From an uncultured Pseudomonadota bacterium (GTDB taxonomy: Bacteria > Pseudomonadota > Gammaproteobacteria > Ga0077536), in NCBI GenBank assembly GCA_902597385.1, contig CACJXQ010000007.1, positions 4,272 through 68,271 of the forward strand: DNA of 64,000 bases, in the 5' to 3' direction. The notes under the pieces were generated by a model. The model ran no database searches, was not told where the DNA came from, and worked only from the letters and a program-made list of their open reading frames with translations. Below are positions 49,569-59,801 of this stretch, in pieces (the stretch's first letter is position 1; each line of letters opens with the position of its first letter). A program made the position numbers and the translations under genes.

Positions 49569-50060
49569 CTAATCGTCCAGATGCCAGTCAATCATTATCT
49601 CTCCGGTGTCAGTATCAACATCCAAAACATAGACATCTAGAACAAACGGAATAAGGCGCTCTCTCTCTCCAGATACTTGCATAACATCATGATCCCCAGT
49701 TTCAATGAAACCAGAAACGTACCCTAACAGTCTTTTTTCTGTATTAAGCACAGACAGGCCTATGAGGTCTGTCCAATAGTATTGTTGGTTGCCAGTTGGC
49801 CGAAGCGAGCCTCTTTCGACGAGTATTTTAGCGCCTCTTAAAGATTCAGCTTCTGTTCGATTCTCCACATTATCGAAAAAAATGATCAGCTTCCCGGCTA
49901 CAATTTTTCCCTCTTTTATCAGATACCATTGTTGTCGGTTAGGTAAATCTAAAAGTAATCGCTTATGGGAGAATATCTCTTTTGGCGGCCTAGAATAGGA
50001 TTCAACCCTCGTTCCGCCTCTCACTCCGTGGGGCCCTAGACAAGCGCCTAGTTCCACCAT
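49569..50060 (-). CDS. rimM: 16S rRNA processing protein RimM
   Basis: 163 aa. GPHGVRGGTRVESYS resembles the RimM N-terminus. It holds the conserved position between rpsP and trmD. Confidence 0.88.
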   Translation of the reverse strand: MVELGACLGPHGVRGGTRVESYSRPPKEIFSHKRLLLDLPNRQQWYLIKEGKIVAGKLIIFFDNVENRTEAESLRGAKILVERGSLRPTGNQQYYWTDLIGLSVLNTEKRLLGYVSGFIETGDHDVMQVSGERERLIPFVLDVYVLDVDTDTGEIMIDWHLDD

Positions 50061-50112
50061 TTTTCCACTTGATTTCGAAATAGTTTTCCTCTCAGGCGCT
50101 CTTTTCAGATGT

Positions 50113-50364
50113 TTAACTAGAGCTACTTCGACTTACCGTCACTATTTTTTCAACCCTTGAAGAGGGCTTAGCACCAACAGAAAGCCAATACTTATACCTT
50201 TCATCATCAATTCTAAGACTCTCTTCCTGTCCGGCCGCAAAAGGGTTAAAAAACCCCAGTCGTTCAATATGCTTCCCGTCCCTTGCTCGCCGATGATCAG
50301 CCACAACTATGTGATAGAAAGGCCTTTTTTTTGCCCCCTTCCTAGCTAATCGAATTGTAACCAT
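50113..50364 (-). CDS. rpsP: 30S ribosomal protein S16
   Basis: 83 aa. [30 protein letters not shown] matches S16. Confidence 0.96.
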   Translation of the reverse strand: MVTIRLARKGAKKRPFYHIVVADHRRARDGKHIERLGFFNPFAAGQEESLRIDDERYKYWLSVGAKPSSRVEKIVTVSRSSSS

Positions 50365-50413
50365 AAATATTATCCCTTTGGCGTTTTCATCTAAAACTTC
50401 GTGCTAGCCTTTT

Positions 50414-52489
50414 TTATACTGCCTTCATACTTAGACGAATTCTTCCTTGTTTATCGACTTCTAGAACCTTCACTTTTACCGTATCACCCTCAGATAATTT
50501 ATCGCTCACGTTTTCGACACGTTCCTCTGATATCTGAGATATATGAACTAGTCCGTCTTTCCCAGGTAGTATATTCACAAATGCTCCGAAGTCCATTAGT
50601 TTTTGGACCTTGCCTTCATAAACAGTTCCTACTTCTATGTCTGCAGTAATAGCTTCCACCCTAGTTCTTGCCGCTTGGCCTGCAGCATTATCTACAGAAG
50701 CGATTTTTATTGTTCCATCATCATCAATATCTACAGTAGCTCCAGTTTCTTCTGTAATTTGTCTAATTGTAGCTCCGCCTTTCCCTATCACATCTCTTAT
50801 CTTATCCGTAGGAATTCTGAATGTGATTATTCTTGGAGCATGTTCAGACATCTCATCTCTAGGGGAACTGATTACCTTATTCATCTCATTTAGAATATGA
50901 AGACGTCCGTCTCGCGCCTGCGCCAGTGCAATCTCCATGATTTCCGAGGTTATCCCATCTATTTTTATATCCATTTGCAGAGCGGTGACACCTTCACTCG
51001 TTCCTGCCACCTTAAAATCCATGTCACCTAGGTGATCTTCGTCTCCCATTATATCGGAAAGCACAACATAATCATTGCCCTCCTTTATGAGTCCCATTGC
51101 TATGCCCGCTACTGGAGCAGTTACAGGCACACCTGCATTCATTAAACTCATACTGGTACCGCAGATACTCGCCATAGAACTTGATCCATTTGACTCAGTT
51201 ATCTCGGATACCACACGAATAACATATGGGAAGGTATTCATATCTGGCATCACTGCCTGAATTCCTCTCTTTGCCAGACGCCCATGGCCTATTTCTCGTC
51301 TTTTAGGAGTTCCGACTCGACCTGTCTCTCCAACGCAAAAGGGCGGAAAATTATAATGCAGCATAAACGATTCTCTTCGCTCTCCCTCTATCGCATCAAT
51401 GATTTGAGAATCTCTTTCTGTACCCAAGGAAGTAACTACCAAAGCCTGAGTTTCCCCTCGTGTGAATAACGCAGAACCGTGTGTCCTGGGCATTACATCT
51501 ACTTCTGAAAATATAGGTCTCACATCTTCCTTGCTTCTGCCGTCGATACGCTTTTTCCCGGAAAGAACGGAGCTTCTGACCACATCGTGTTCAAGCTTAT
51601 CTATTATATTCACCACATCGTTCTCCGAGACTTCTACATCTTCCAAAGAACTAGCCATCGAACGGATATCTTCCTTTATCTCCCTTAACTTATCTCTCCT
51701 CTCCAATTTGTTCAGAATTCCATATGCTTCGCCTATTTGTTTCTCAAATTTCTGTACAATTAGTTGAGACAGTTCCTCGTTAATTGTAGTCTCCGTCCAT
51801 TCAAAAGTTCCTACGCCAGTCTTGGATGCTAATTCGGCAATAGCATCTATCGCGACGACCATTTGCTCATGACCGTAATTTACCGCCCCTAACATCACGT
51901 CCTCAGCTAGTACTTTCGCCTCTGATTCCACCATTAGCACGGAACTTTTTGTGCCAGCGACAACTAAATCCAACTTTGATTCTTTTAAGGTAGAAAAACT
52001 AGGATTAAGCACATAGTCTTGCTCCACATAACCAACTCGAGCAGCGCCAATTGGCCCGGCAAAAGGCAATCCTGATATAGCTAATGCTGCAGAGGCCCCC
52101 AAAAGTGCGGGAATGTCTGGATCAATTTCAGGATCTAGTGACATCACTGTACAAATAATCTGCACTTCGTTGCTAAAGCCTTTTGGAAATAGTGGGCGAA
52201 TTGGTCTGTCTATTAATCTTGAAACTAAAGTTTCTTTCTCGCTAGGACGTCCCTCGCGCTTGAAGAACCCTCCAGGTATTTTTCCAGCAGCATAGGTTCT
52301 CTCTTGGTAATCCACGGTCAACGGAAAAAAATCTCTCGGCTCTCCTCCGGCTCGTCCTACAGCCGTACATAAAACGACAGTATCTCCCATACTTGAAAGT
52401 ATCGCCCCTGATGCTTGCCTAGCAATTCTACCGGTCTCTAAGTTGACCTCTTGATTTCCGTACTGAAATCTAACGGATACTGGATCCAT
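50414..52489 (-). CDS. pnp: Polyribonucleotide nucleotidyltransferase (PNPase)
   Basis: 691 aa with two RNase PH domains, a KH domain ([11 protein letters not shown]) and an S1 domain ([15 protein letters not shown]). Confidence 0.97.
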   Translation of the reverse strand: MDPVSVRFQYGNQEVNLETGRIARQASGAILSSMGDTVVLCTAVGRAGGEPRDFFPLTVDYQERTYAAGKIPGGFFKREGRPSEKETLVSRLIDRPIRPLFPKGFSNEVQIICTVMSLDPEIDPDIPALLGASAALAISGLPFAGPIGAARVGYVEQDYVLNPSFSTLKESKLDLVVAGTKSSVLMVESEAKVLAEDVMLGAVNYGHEQMVVAIDAIAELASKTGVGTFEWTETTINEELSQLIVQKFEKQIGEAYGILNKLERRDKLREIKEDIRSMASSLEDVEVSENDVVNIIDKLEHDVVRSSVLSGKKRIDGRSKEDVRPIFSEVDVMPRTHGSALFTRGETQALVVTSLGTERDSQIIDAIEGERRESFMLHYNFPPFCVGETGRVGTPKRREIGHGRLAKRGIQAVMPDMNTFPYVIRVVSEITESNGSSSMASICGTSMSLMNAGVPVTAPVAGIAMGLIKEGNDYVVLSDIMGDEDHLGDMDFKVAGTSEGVTALQMDIKIDGITSEIMEIALAQARDGRLHILNEMNKVISSPRDEMSEHAPRIITFRIPTDKIRDVIGKGGATIRQITEETGATVDIDDDGTIKIASVDNAAGQAARTRVEAITADIEVGTVYEGKVQKLMDFGAFVNILPGKDGLVHISQISEERVENVSDKLSEGDTVKVKVLEVDKQGRIRLSMKAV

Positions 52490-52588
52490 GGTTTATTTCC
52501 ACCTATTTTGTGACATTGATATGTTGAATTTTTATAGAAGCCAATTTATCTAGTTGCACCTGCAACTGTTTGACGTGTTCTCATCGCC

Positions 52589-52858
52589 TTATTTTCTAAG
52601 ACCCAAGCGTTCGATTAATTTCAAATACCTATCCGCGCTTTTTTTCTTGACGTAATCCAACATTTTTCTGCGTCTATTAACCATCCTCAGCAAACCTTGT
52701 CTTGAGTGATTATCTTTAGCGTGCGCTTTGAAATGTTCGGAAAGTTGAGCTATTCGCTCCGAGAGTATTGCTACCTGGACTTCTGGAGAACCTGTATCGG
52801 TTCCAGTTAGTTGGTAATCACTTATAATTTTACTCTTACGTTCGTTGGACAATCCCAT
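52589..52858 (-). CDS. rpsO: 30S ribosomal protein S15
   Basis: 89 aa. [28 protein letters not shown] matches S15. Confidence 0.96.
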   Translation of the reverse strand: MGLSNERKSKIISDYQLTGTDTGSPEVQVAILSERIAQLSEHFKAHAKDNHSRQGLLRMVNRRRKMLDYVKKKSADRYLKLIERLGLRK

Positions 52859-52969
52859 TATAATTTTTATCCTACCCTGATACTGTTAGTTCGTTTTGGG
52901 CTGTATTCTACCCCCCAATCTCTCCTCTAACAAGAAATTGTGAGTCCAAAACGCAATTAATCTTATTTT

Positions 52970-53881
52970 TTATGCTCCTCTTATCAACCGTCTCGTCCTT
53001 AGACACCCATCTGCCAACCTTTCGCCGACGCCAAAAAACATTCCTTTTTCATCGTAGAGTCTGATCAACCCAAGAGGATGACCAGCGATATCGACAACTT
53101 GTTGACCCCTTCCTAATTTAAGACTCTCCTCGGCAGATAACGATTTGGAAGGCAGTTCTGCTAGTGCATTGTCGGAGCTCAATAACAACCTCCCTAACCC
53201 TGCAACTCCATGCCTTTCAACAGCCTTTTCCAGAGCTCGGACGGTATACGCGTTTTTTACATCGAAACCTCCCAGCCGCTCCCGACGAAGAAACGAGACA
53301 CATGCTCCAAACCCCAACTCTGCACCTAAATCTGCAGCCAGTTGCCTAACATAAGTTCCTTTAGAACAATCGATTTCAAAGGTAGCGGAATTTCCCGAGA
53401 CCGATTTGAGCTCAAATCGAAAAATCTCAATCTTTCTCGGTTTTCTTTCAACTGAAATCCCCTGCCTAGCTAAACGATATAATGGCACGCCCTTTTGTTT
53501 AAGAGCTGAGTACATAGGTGGCACCTGTTCTAAAGGACCAAGAAACTTAGAAAGGGCAACAGATATCATTTCTTTTGAAAGGGAGTCTACTCTCTCTCTT
53601 GTTAGGACCTCTCCTTCTAAGTCACCACTACTGGTAGTGAGGCCAAAACGAAACTCGCTTAGATAGGTTTTTCTAGCTCCCAATAGATATTGACTCACCT
53701 TGGTAGACTCACCAAAACATATAGGCAATAATCCTGAGGCTAGCACGTCCAAGGTTCCAGTATGCCCAGCCTTTTGAGCACCAAAGATGCTCTTTATTTT
53801 CTGAAGAGCCCGATTAGAGCTTTGCCCAACATCTTTATCAAATAGTAAAATGCCATTAATTTTTTTCTTTGATTTTAGCAT
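52970..53881 (-). CDS. truB: tRNA pseudouridine(55) synthase
   Basis: INGILLFDKDVGQSSN and AGHTGTLDVLASGLLPICFGE match TruB. The start is set at MLKSKKK (53881) by alignment to the E. coli N-terminus. The track's ATG at 53917 is the alternative. Confidence 0.93.
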   Translation of the reverse strand: MLKSKKKINGILLFDKDVGQSSNRALQKIKSIFGAQKAGHTGTLDVLASGLLPICFGESTKVSQYLLGARKTYLSEFRFGLTTSSGDLEGEVLTRERVDSLSKEMISVALSKFLGPLEQVPPMYSALKQKGVPLYRLARQGISVERKPRKIEIFRFELKSVSGNSATFEIDCSKGTYVRQLAADLGAELGFGACVSFLRRERLGGFDVKNAYTVRALEKAVERHGVAGLGRLLLSSDNALAELPSKSLSAEESLKLGRGQQVVDIAGHPLGLIRLYDEKGMFFGVGERLADGCLRTRRLIRGA

Positions 53882-53916
53882 CTTCAAAAACTTTTTTAGG
53901 GAGAATTTCCCAAGCA

Positions 53917-54267
53917 TTAAGGAGAGCGAAGCAGTTCTTTTAGTCGTGCCTCAGTATTAAGTACATCATCTAGGACAAACTGTAGAGAGGGGGTCCGCTT
54001 CAGCCGAAGTCTTTTTGAGATAATTTTTTGAAGAGAGGCACTACTTTGATTTGCAAGCTCTATATATTTTTCTGCCTGCTGATCGTTCCCAAAGACACTA
54101 ACATAAACCGTAGCCTTTCTTAAATCTGGACTAATTCCGACATTAGTAACACTTACGATTCCCAATTTATTATTTCGCCCAAGTTCATTTAGCTGGGGAG
54201 CGAGCGTCTTACGTATTTCGGAACTAACTCTGGCCAGTCGACTAGGCTCCTTTTGATGTTCTAACAT
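53917..54267 (-). CDS. rbfA: Ribosome-binding factor A
   Basis: 116 aa. SRLARVSSEIRKTLA...VSVTNVGISPDLRKATVYVS matches RbfA. It sits in the infB-rbfA-truB order. Confidence 0.93.
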   Translation of the reverse strand: MLEHQKEPSRLARVSSEIRKTLAPQLNELGRNNKLGIVSVTNVGISPDLRKATVYVSVFGNDQQAEKYIELANQSSASLQKIISKRLRLKRTPSLQFVLDDVLNTEARLKELLRSP

Positions 54268-54268
54268 A

Positions 54269-56887
54269 TTACACTGATCTAGCGACTTCTATCCGCTCGT
54301 AAACTTCTATCTGATCTCCTGCTTTAACATCATTATAGTTCTTGACACCAATCCCACACTCCGTACCTGATTGAACGGTTTGGACGTCGTCTTTAAACCT
54401 TCTAAGCGATTCTAGTTCTCCCTCATAAATAACAACACTCTCTCTCAGCACCCTAATCGGGTTACTTTTCTTAACCTGTCCTTCGGACACAATACAACCA
54501 GCAATGGCGCCAAGTTTGGAAGAGCGAAACACGTCTTTTACTTCAGCTATACCAATAATAGTCTCTCTTATCTCCGGCGCGAGGAGCCCACTAACTGCTG
54601 CCTTGACATCTTCTATTAACTCATAAATGACACTGTAATACCGTATCTCAATCCCTTCCTCTTCAAGCAGCTTCCGCGCCGAAGCTTCCGCTCGAACGTT
54701 GAAGGCTAGTATTATAGCTTCAGAAGCAAAAGCAAGGTTAACATCAGATTCGGTTATTGCGCCAACACCATCAGCTACTACGTCAACTCTGACCTCAGTG
54801 GTGTTGATTTTAGCAAGAGAATCAGAAATAGCCTCGGCGGAACCCTGCACGTCTGTTTTTAGCAGTACTTTAAAGTTCGCCTTTTCTCCTTCCTCCATTT
54901 GCGCAAACATATTTTCCATCTGAAAAGATTGTCTTCTTGACAACCTAGTTTCTCTTTCCTTTTCCAAACGATAACTACAAATTTCCCTGGCACGTTTTTC
55001 ATCTGATACGACGGCAGCGTCTTCACCAGCTCGAGGAGTACCGGATAGACCTACGATTTCAACGGGTTGAGAGGGGCCAGCCTCTAGGAGACTATCGCCT
55101 GTCGGACCCTGCATAGCCCTTACTCTGCCGAATTCAGAACCAGCTACAATTATTTGACCACGTAACAATTTGCCGCTTTGCACTAAAATTGTGGCCACCG
55201 GACCTCGCCCCTTATCTAGGCGGGACTCTACCACCACCCCCCTACAGTTCCCCTCTACAGGCGCTTTCACTTCCAAAAGGTCTGATTGTAGAAGTATCGC
55301 TTCGAGGAGCAAATCAATTCCTTCACCATTTTTTGCAGACACATTGATGAACTGAGTATCGCCGCCCCAGTCTTCTGGCACAACCTCTCTATTGGCCAAC
55401 TCCTGCTTTACCTTATCGGGCTGTGCTTCTGCTTTGTCAATTTTATTTACTGCCACGACTAAAGGCACATCAGCTGCCTTGGCGTGCTTGATAGCCTCTT
55501 CAGTCTGAGGCATCACCCCATCATCAGCCGCCACTACCAAGACCACAATATCTGTTACGCCAGCACCTCTTGCTCGCATAGCAGTAAATGCTTCATGACC
55601 TGGCGTATCTAGAAAGGTAATGTCTCCTGAATCAGTAGACACCTTGTAAGCCCCAATATGTTGCGTGATGCCACCTGCCTCGCCGGCCGCCACACGACTC
55701 TCGCGAATAAAATCTAGTAGTGAAGTTTTTCCGTGATCAACATGGCCCATTATGGTCACTATCGGCGCTCTTGCTCTGACCTCGTTCTGATTATCATCTT
55801 CAATTTTTATGGATTCATCGACTGCGGTATCTTTTATTACCTTAGATTTATGGCCTAATTCCTCCACAACCAAAATGGCAGTATCCTGATCTAAAATCTG
55901 ATTAATGGTAACAATAGAACCTAAGTTCATCATGACTTTTATTACCTCGCCAGCTTTCACCGACATTCTACCAGCCAGTTCGCCTACGCTGATGTTTTCC
56001 GGAATATCCACCTCTCGAACCACTGGCGCCGTAGGCTTTTCGAAACCATGCTTGCCCCCGGTTGGCCCAGCAGCAACCCTAGGAGAGGATGCCTTCTTCC
56101 GTCTTCTTCCCGACTTGTCTCTGGCGACATGCAACTCGGCTCTTTCTTCTCTTTCTTGCGCCCTTCTATCCTTACTCTTTAAGTTTTTACGACCACTTGG
56201 GGTCTCCTTTAGCGGTGCTTCTTGAACCAGTTGTTTTGCTTCTTCTGCCTCCCTTAAGCGTTTTGCTTCCTCTGCTTCCTTTTCCGCCGCAATCCTAGCA
56301 ACCTCTGCTTTCTCAGCCTCAATCCGTTCGATCTCCGCTTTCTCAGCCTCAATCCGTTCGACCTCGGCCCGCTCTGCAGCTACTCTCTCGGCCTCAAGCC
56401 GCTCAGCCTCCACACGCAGTTTTTCTTCCTCGGCAGCATCTCGTGCCGCCTCCTCTCTGGCTTGCTGAAGCTTTGCTTCCTCTGTTCTTACACGGTTTAA
56501 TTCCTGCTCTTTTTCGTCGACCAATGGGAGATCTTGTTCCACACTAGTTTTTCTTTTCACATAGGTTCTTTTCTTTCTAACCTCGATACTCACAGTCTTG
56601 GAAACACCACTAGACTTTGTGCCACGAAGACGGGTTGGCCTTCTTTCTGTCGGCAACTTAATCTCACTTATTGTTTTTCTTCTTAAGGTTATTTTCTCCG
56701 GTTCAGGAGCAGTTTCATTCTTACCGTGCATTTTTCTCAGATAAGATAAAAGCTGTGTTTTTTCAGCTTCGCTTAGTGAATCTTCAGGGTTTTTAGCAGA
56801 GATTCCCGCCTCTCGAAGCTGTTCTTGTAGTCTGGCCACAGAAATTCCTACACTCTCGGCAAAGCGATCAACTGTTACATCAGCCAT
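54269..56887 (-). CDS. infB: Translation initiation factor IF-2
   Basis: The GTPase core is [24 protein letters not shown] and NKIDK. The start is set at [11 protein letters not shown] (56887), which aligns with E. coli MTDVTIKTLA. It overlaps the nusA stop by 8 nt. The N-terminal region is a charged E/A/R/K repeat. Confidence 0.96.
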   Translation of the reverse strand: MADVTVDRFAESVGISVARLQEQLREAGISAKNPEDSLSEAEKTQLLSYLRKMHGKNETAPEPEKITLRRKTISEIKLPTERRPTRLRGTKSSGVSKTVSIEVRKKRTYVKRKTSVEQDLPLVDEKEQELNRVRTEEAKLQQAREEAARDAAEEEKLRVEAERLEAERVAAERAEVERIEAEKAEIERIEAEKAEVARIAAEKEAEEAKRLREAEEAKQLVQEAPLKETPSGRKNLKSKDRRAQEREERAELHVARDKSGRRRKKASSPRVAAGPTGGKHGFEKPTAPVVREVDIPENISVGELAGRMSVKAGEVIKVMMNLGSIVTINQILDQDTAILVVEELGHKSKVIKDTAVDESIKIEDDNQNEVRARAPIVTIMGHVDHGKTSLLDFIRESRVAAGEAGGITQHIGAYKVSTDSGDITFLDTPGHEAFTAMRARGAGVTDIVVLVVAADDGVMPQTEEAIKHAKAADVPLVVAVNKIDKAEAQPDKVKQELANREVVPEDWGGDTQFINVSAKNGEGIDLLLEAILLQSDLLEVKAPVEGNCRGVVVESRLDKGRGPVATILVQSGKLLRGQIIVAGSEFGRVRAMQGPTGDSLLEAGPSQPVEIVGLSGTPRAGEDAAVVSDEKRAREICSYRLEKERETRLSRRQSFQMENMFAQMEEGEKANFKVLLKTDVQGSAEAISDSLAKINTTEVRVDVVADGVGAITESDVNLAFASEAIILAFNVRAEASARKLLEEEGIEIRYYSVIYELIEDVKAAVSGLLAPEIRETIIGIAEVKDVFRSSKLGAIAGCIVSEGQVKKSNPIRVLRESVVIYEGELESLRRFKDDVQTVQSGTECGIGVKNYNDVKAGDQIEVYERIEVARSV

Positions 56888-58475
56888 CAATAGAAACCTC
56901 ATTATTGTTATCGGCTTCCTCAAACCAAGGCTTTCGAGCGATCATGATAAGCGCAGCTGCCCGCTCCTCATCTTCTATTTTACCTTTCTCCGTAAGCTCA
57001 TCTACAGATAGTTCTGCTAGATCCTCCATAGTTCTCACCCCTGCCGCAGCAAGTTGGAAAGCCAGCTGCTCATCCATCCCCTCCATCTTAAGCAACTCAT
57101 CCTCTGGCCTATCATCTCCGATTAGCTCCTCACTAGCTATTGCTCGCGTCAGCAACAAATCTTTTGCCCTCATTCTCAACTCTTGGACCAAGGATTCATC
57201 AAATTCTTCTATCTCTAACATCTCCTTTTCTGGCACGTAGGCAATCTCTTCAATTGAATTAAATCCCTCTTGAACCAAAATATTAGCCACTTCGCTATCC
57301 ACGTCTAAAAGTTCCATGAATGTTTTGAGACCTGCAGCGCTTTCCTCCTCATTTTTTGCGGCGGCTTCGGCTTCCGACATACAATTCAACTCCCAGCCAG
57401 TTAAATGTGCTGCTAACCTAACATTCTGACCATTCCTACCGATAGCCTGTGATAATTGTTCCTCGACGACAGCAACCTCCATACTGTTTTTATCTTCCTC
57501 AACGAGAATTGATACTACCTCAGCGGGAGACATGGCGTTTATCACAAACTGGGCGGGATTCTCGTCCCAAAGAATAATATCCACACGTTCACCCGCCAAT
57601 TCATTCGAAACAGCTTGCACCCTCGAACCTCGCATACCAACACACGCTCCAACTGGATCTATACGCTGATCCCGACTCTTCACCGCAATTTTTGCTCTTA
57701 ATCCGGGATCTCTCGCAGCACTTAAAAGTTCTATCACTCCCTCTCCAATTTCGGGTACCTCTAGCTTAAATAACTCCATGAGTAGCTCTTTCGCTGTTCG
57801 ACTCACAAATAGTTGAGGCCCTCTTTTTTCAGCCTTTACTTCATAAAGGTAACCTCTGACCCTATCTCCAGCTCTGACCGTCTCACGGGGGATCATGTGC
57901 TCTTTAAAAATAACTGCTTCGGCACTACCACCTAAATCCACAAAAACGTTTCCCCTCTCGACACGTTTTACGACCCCCATTACCAGCTCCCCAACTCTGT
58001 CTTTGTAGGCCTCTACAATCTTGGCTCGCTCGGCTTCTCTAACCTTTTGTACAATCACCTGCTTTGCCGCCTGAGCTGCAATTCGACCAAACTCCGCTGG
58101 TTCCAGCTCCTCTTCAATGTAGCTCCCTGCAACAACCCCAGCGTCGTTTTTCAATGCTGCCTCGAGGGATAGTTGCTTATCAGGAAAGGGCAAATCACCC
58201 TCCAAGAGGCAGCTTCTTATTCTCTCAACCTCATCAATGCTAAGAGTCGTCTCGTCAGCCACCGAATAGTTCGACAAATCTACTACTTCCCATCTACGAA
58301 AAGCCCTGTAAGAACCGTCTTCTCTGTCGATTTCAACCCTGCAATCTATCTCCTCAACAAAACGTTTTTTTGTCGCACTTGCTATCGCAAATTCTAAAGC
58401 TTCAAAGATTATCTCTTTTTCGACGCCTTTTTCCGCGGATACTACTTCTACAACTGTTAAAATTTCTTTGTTCAT
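56880..58475 (-). CDS. nusA: Transcription termination/antitermination factor NusA
   Basis: [28 protein letters not shown] matches the E. coli NusA N-terminus, so the start is set at 58475 rather than the track's 58502. S1, KH and acidic C-terminal repeat regions are present. Confidence 0.96.
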   Translation of the reverse strand: MNKEILTVVEVVSAEKGVEKEIIFEALEFAIASATKKRFVEEIDCRVEIDREDGSYRAFRRWEVVDLSNYSVADETTLSIDEVERIRSCLLEGDLPFPDKQLSLEAALKNDAGVVAGSYIEEELEPAEFGRIAAQAAKQVIVQKVREAERAKIVEAYKDRVGELVMGVVKRVERGNVFVDLGGSAEAVIFKEHMIPRETVRAGDRVRGYLYEVKAEKRGPQLFVSRTAKELLMELFKLEVPEIGEGVIELLSAARDPGLRAKIAVKSRDQRIDPVGACVGMRGSRVQAVSNELAGERVDIILWDENPAQFVINAMSPAEVVSILVEEDKNSMEVAVVEEQLSQAIGRNGQNVRLAAHLTGWELNCMSEAEAAAKNEEESAAGLKTFMELLDVDSEVANILVQEGFNSIEEIAYVPEKEMLEIEEFDESLVQELRMRAKDLLLTRAIASEELIGDDRPEDELLKMEGMDEQLAFQLAAAGVRTMEDLAELSVDELTEKGKIEDEERAAALIMIARKPWFEEADNNNEVSIDG

Positions 58476-58504
58476 GCCACACTTTTGTCCTTGTGCTATC
58501 AATC

Positions 58505-58963
58505 TTACTTTGGACCAATCTCTCCAACATAAATTAGAGAAGAGCGCTCAATCTCAGTGGATTCCAAGGTATAATCGTTACCCTCCGATGAAATTACCAA
58601 AGACGACTCTGACACTTCTAACAGGGTTCCCCTAAAAACTCTTTTCCCATTTATAGCATCACGAAGCGTCACCTTAATTTTCTCCCCAATAAAACCTTTA
58701 TGTTGTTGGAATTTAAAAAAGCGTCTATCAAAACCCGGTGATGATACTTCTAGGACGTAATTCCCTGATATTGCTCGCTCTGCTTCAATCAGATCACCCA
58801 GTTGTCTGCTGACTTTCTCACAATCATCTACCGTCACACCCTCAGCTTTATCGATATAAACCCTAATTAATTGGGAGCCGGCGTGCCTTCCTCCCTCCAC
58901 TCCCCACAACTCGTACCCTAAGCCAAATACGGTGGGCATTAACAGCTCTGTCAAATTCTCCAA
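58505..58963 (-). CDS. rimP: Ribosome maturation factor RimP
   Basis: 152 aa. GYELWGVE...LIRVYIDK..GVTVDDC..VSRQL and LEVSSPG match RimP. It lies upstream of nusA. Confidence 0.93.
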   Translation of the reverse strand: MENLTELLMPTVFGLGYELWGVEGGRHAGSQLIRVYIDKAEGVTVDDCEKVSRQLGDLIEAERAISGNYVLEVSSPGFDRRFFKFQQHKGFIGEKIKVTLRDAINGKRVFRGTLLEVSESSLVISSEGNDYTLESTEIERSSLIYVGEIGPK

Positions 58964-58996
58964 ATAAACACTCCATGCAGATTTACCACCTCTTTT

Positions 58997-59025
58997 AAAA
59001 ACGAAAAAGCCCCGTTACCCGGGGC
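58997..59025 (-). terminator. Rho-independent terminator/attenuator between tRNA-fMet and rimP
   Basis: On the minus strand, GCCCCG-GGTAA-CGGGGC forms a 6-bp GC stem with a 5-nt loop, followed by TTTTTCGTTTTT. This is the same position as the metY-rimP terminator in E. coli. Confidence 0.65.
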
Positions 59026-59038
59026 CTTTTGTTCGCTC

Positions 59039-59115
59039 TGGTAGCGGGGGCAGGATTTGAACCTGCGACCTTCGGGTTATGAGCCCGACGAGCTGCCAGA
59101 CTGCTCCACCCCGCA
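59039..59115 (-). tRNA. metY: Initiator tRNA-fMet (anticodon CAT)
   Basis: The reverse complement is TGCGGGGTGGAGCAGTCTGGCAGCTCGTCGGGCTCATAACCCGAAGGTCGCAGGTTCAAATCCTGCCCCCGCTACCA. It is near-identical to E. coli tRNA-fMet. It has the three G-C pairs in the anticodon stem, the CAU anticodon, an encoded CCA and an unpaired 1-72 position. Confidence 0.93.
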
Positions 59116-59128
59116 AAATAACCGCACT

Positions 59129-59156
59129 ATGATAATACAGTGACCAAATACTTCAA
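59129..59156 (-). promoter_or_regulatory. Candidate sigma-70 promoter for the tRNA-fMet / rimP-nusA-infB operon
   Basis: On the minus strand: TTGAAG (59156-59151), a 16-nt spacer, then TATCAT (59134-59129). The -10 element lies 13 nt upstream of the mature tRNA 5' end. Sequence match only. Confidence 0.3.
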
Positions 59157-59279
59157 GCACACAATCTATAAAGTTTTCATAAAACCTACTATTTTTGACG
59201 TTGTTTTCTCGGTTTTTACTAACACCATTGAAATTTACTACCACTTTGGCTGACTCAGCTTCGTTCCTAGAGTTTTACT

Positions 59280-59801
59280 TTATTGGTCAACCTCCAAATT
59301 GAGCCTCCGAAGGAATTTTGTTATTTCTTTGGTTAGTAACTCATTTCCTCCCGCCATAGCAGCAGCTTTCCTCGAGAAAGCAGATGCTTGCAACTCGTCT
59401 CCTCTTTCTACGGCAACATAAGCTAATTGCGTCCAAAGATAGGGGTCATTCGGCTGTATTCTAATAGCTCTTTCGATATTTGCCTGCGCTTTAATGTAAT
59501 CCTTAATTCTCAAAGCATCTATAGCTTTGTACAGTAATTCTCTACAAGCAGCGTCAATTTTTCGGGAAGCCCCACTAACAGATTGTGGGTCGAAGAAACT
59601 TTTACGAGCAATGACATCTTTCTCTGATTGAAGCCAAAATATTTTTCCTATGGCAACAGAATCATCAGGTGGTGAAAGAAACACCTTCCGCTCTACTTCT
59701 CTGTTCGACAAAACCTCCTCTCGTTGATTTTGCAAAACCTGGAGGGAGCAGGAAGATAGAAGGGGTATTACTAAGATTATTGTAAGAAATCTCTCAACCA
59801 C
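59280..59801 (-). CDS. TPR-repeat outer-membrane lipoprotein, LpoP-like (candidate PBP1B activator)
   Basis: 173 aa with a GTG start and the lipobox LLSSC. The C-terminal half has TPR-like repeats (YIKAQANIERAIRIQPNDPYLWTQLAYVAVERGD). It overlaps the 3' end of the PBP1B gene by 25 nt. Confidence 0.55.
   Translation of the reverse strand: MVERFLTIILVIPLLSSCSLQVLQNQREEVLSNREVERKVFLSPPDDSVAIGKIFWLQSEKDVIARKSFFDPQSVSGASRKIDAACRELLYKAIDALRIKDYIKAQANIERAIRIQPNDPYLWTQLAYVAVERGDELQASAFSRKAAAMAGGNELLTKEITKFLRRLNLEVDQ

Noticed and set aside
52552-52567. A short palindrome AGTTGCA-CC-TGCAACT in the rpsO-pnp spacer, considered as an rpsO terminator or RNase III site.
   Set aside because: The stem is short and the 2-nt loop is sterically impossible without opening pairs. 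No U-run follows on the minus strand. Sequence alone is too weak to call it.
56307-56361. A 25-nt sequence (GCTTTCTCAGCCTCAATCCGTTCGA) repeated perfectly at a 30-bp period inside infB.
   Set aside because: It encodes the AEKAE(I/V)ERIE decapeptide repeat of the variable, charged IF-2 N-terminal region. This is ordinary low-complexity domain expansion, not a separate element.
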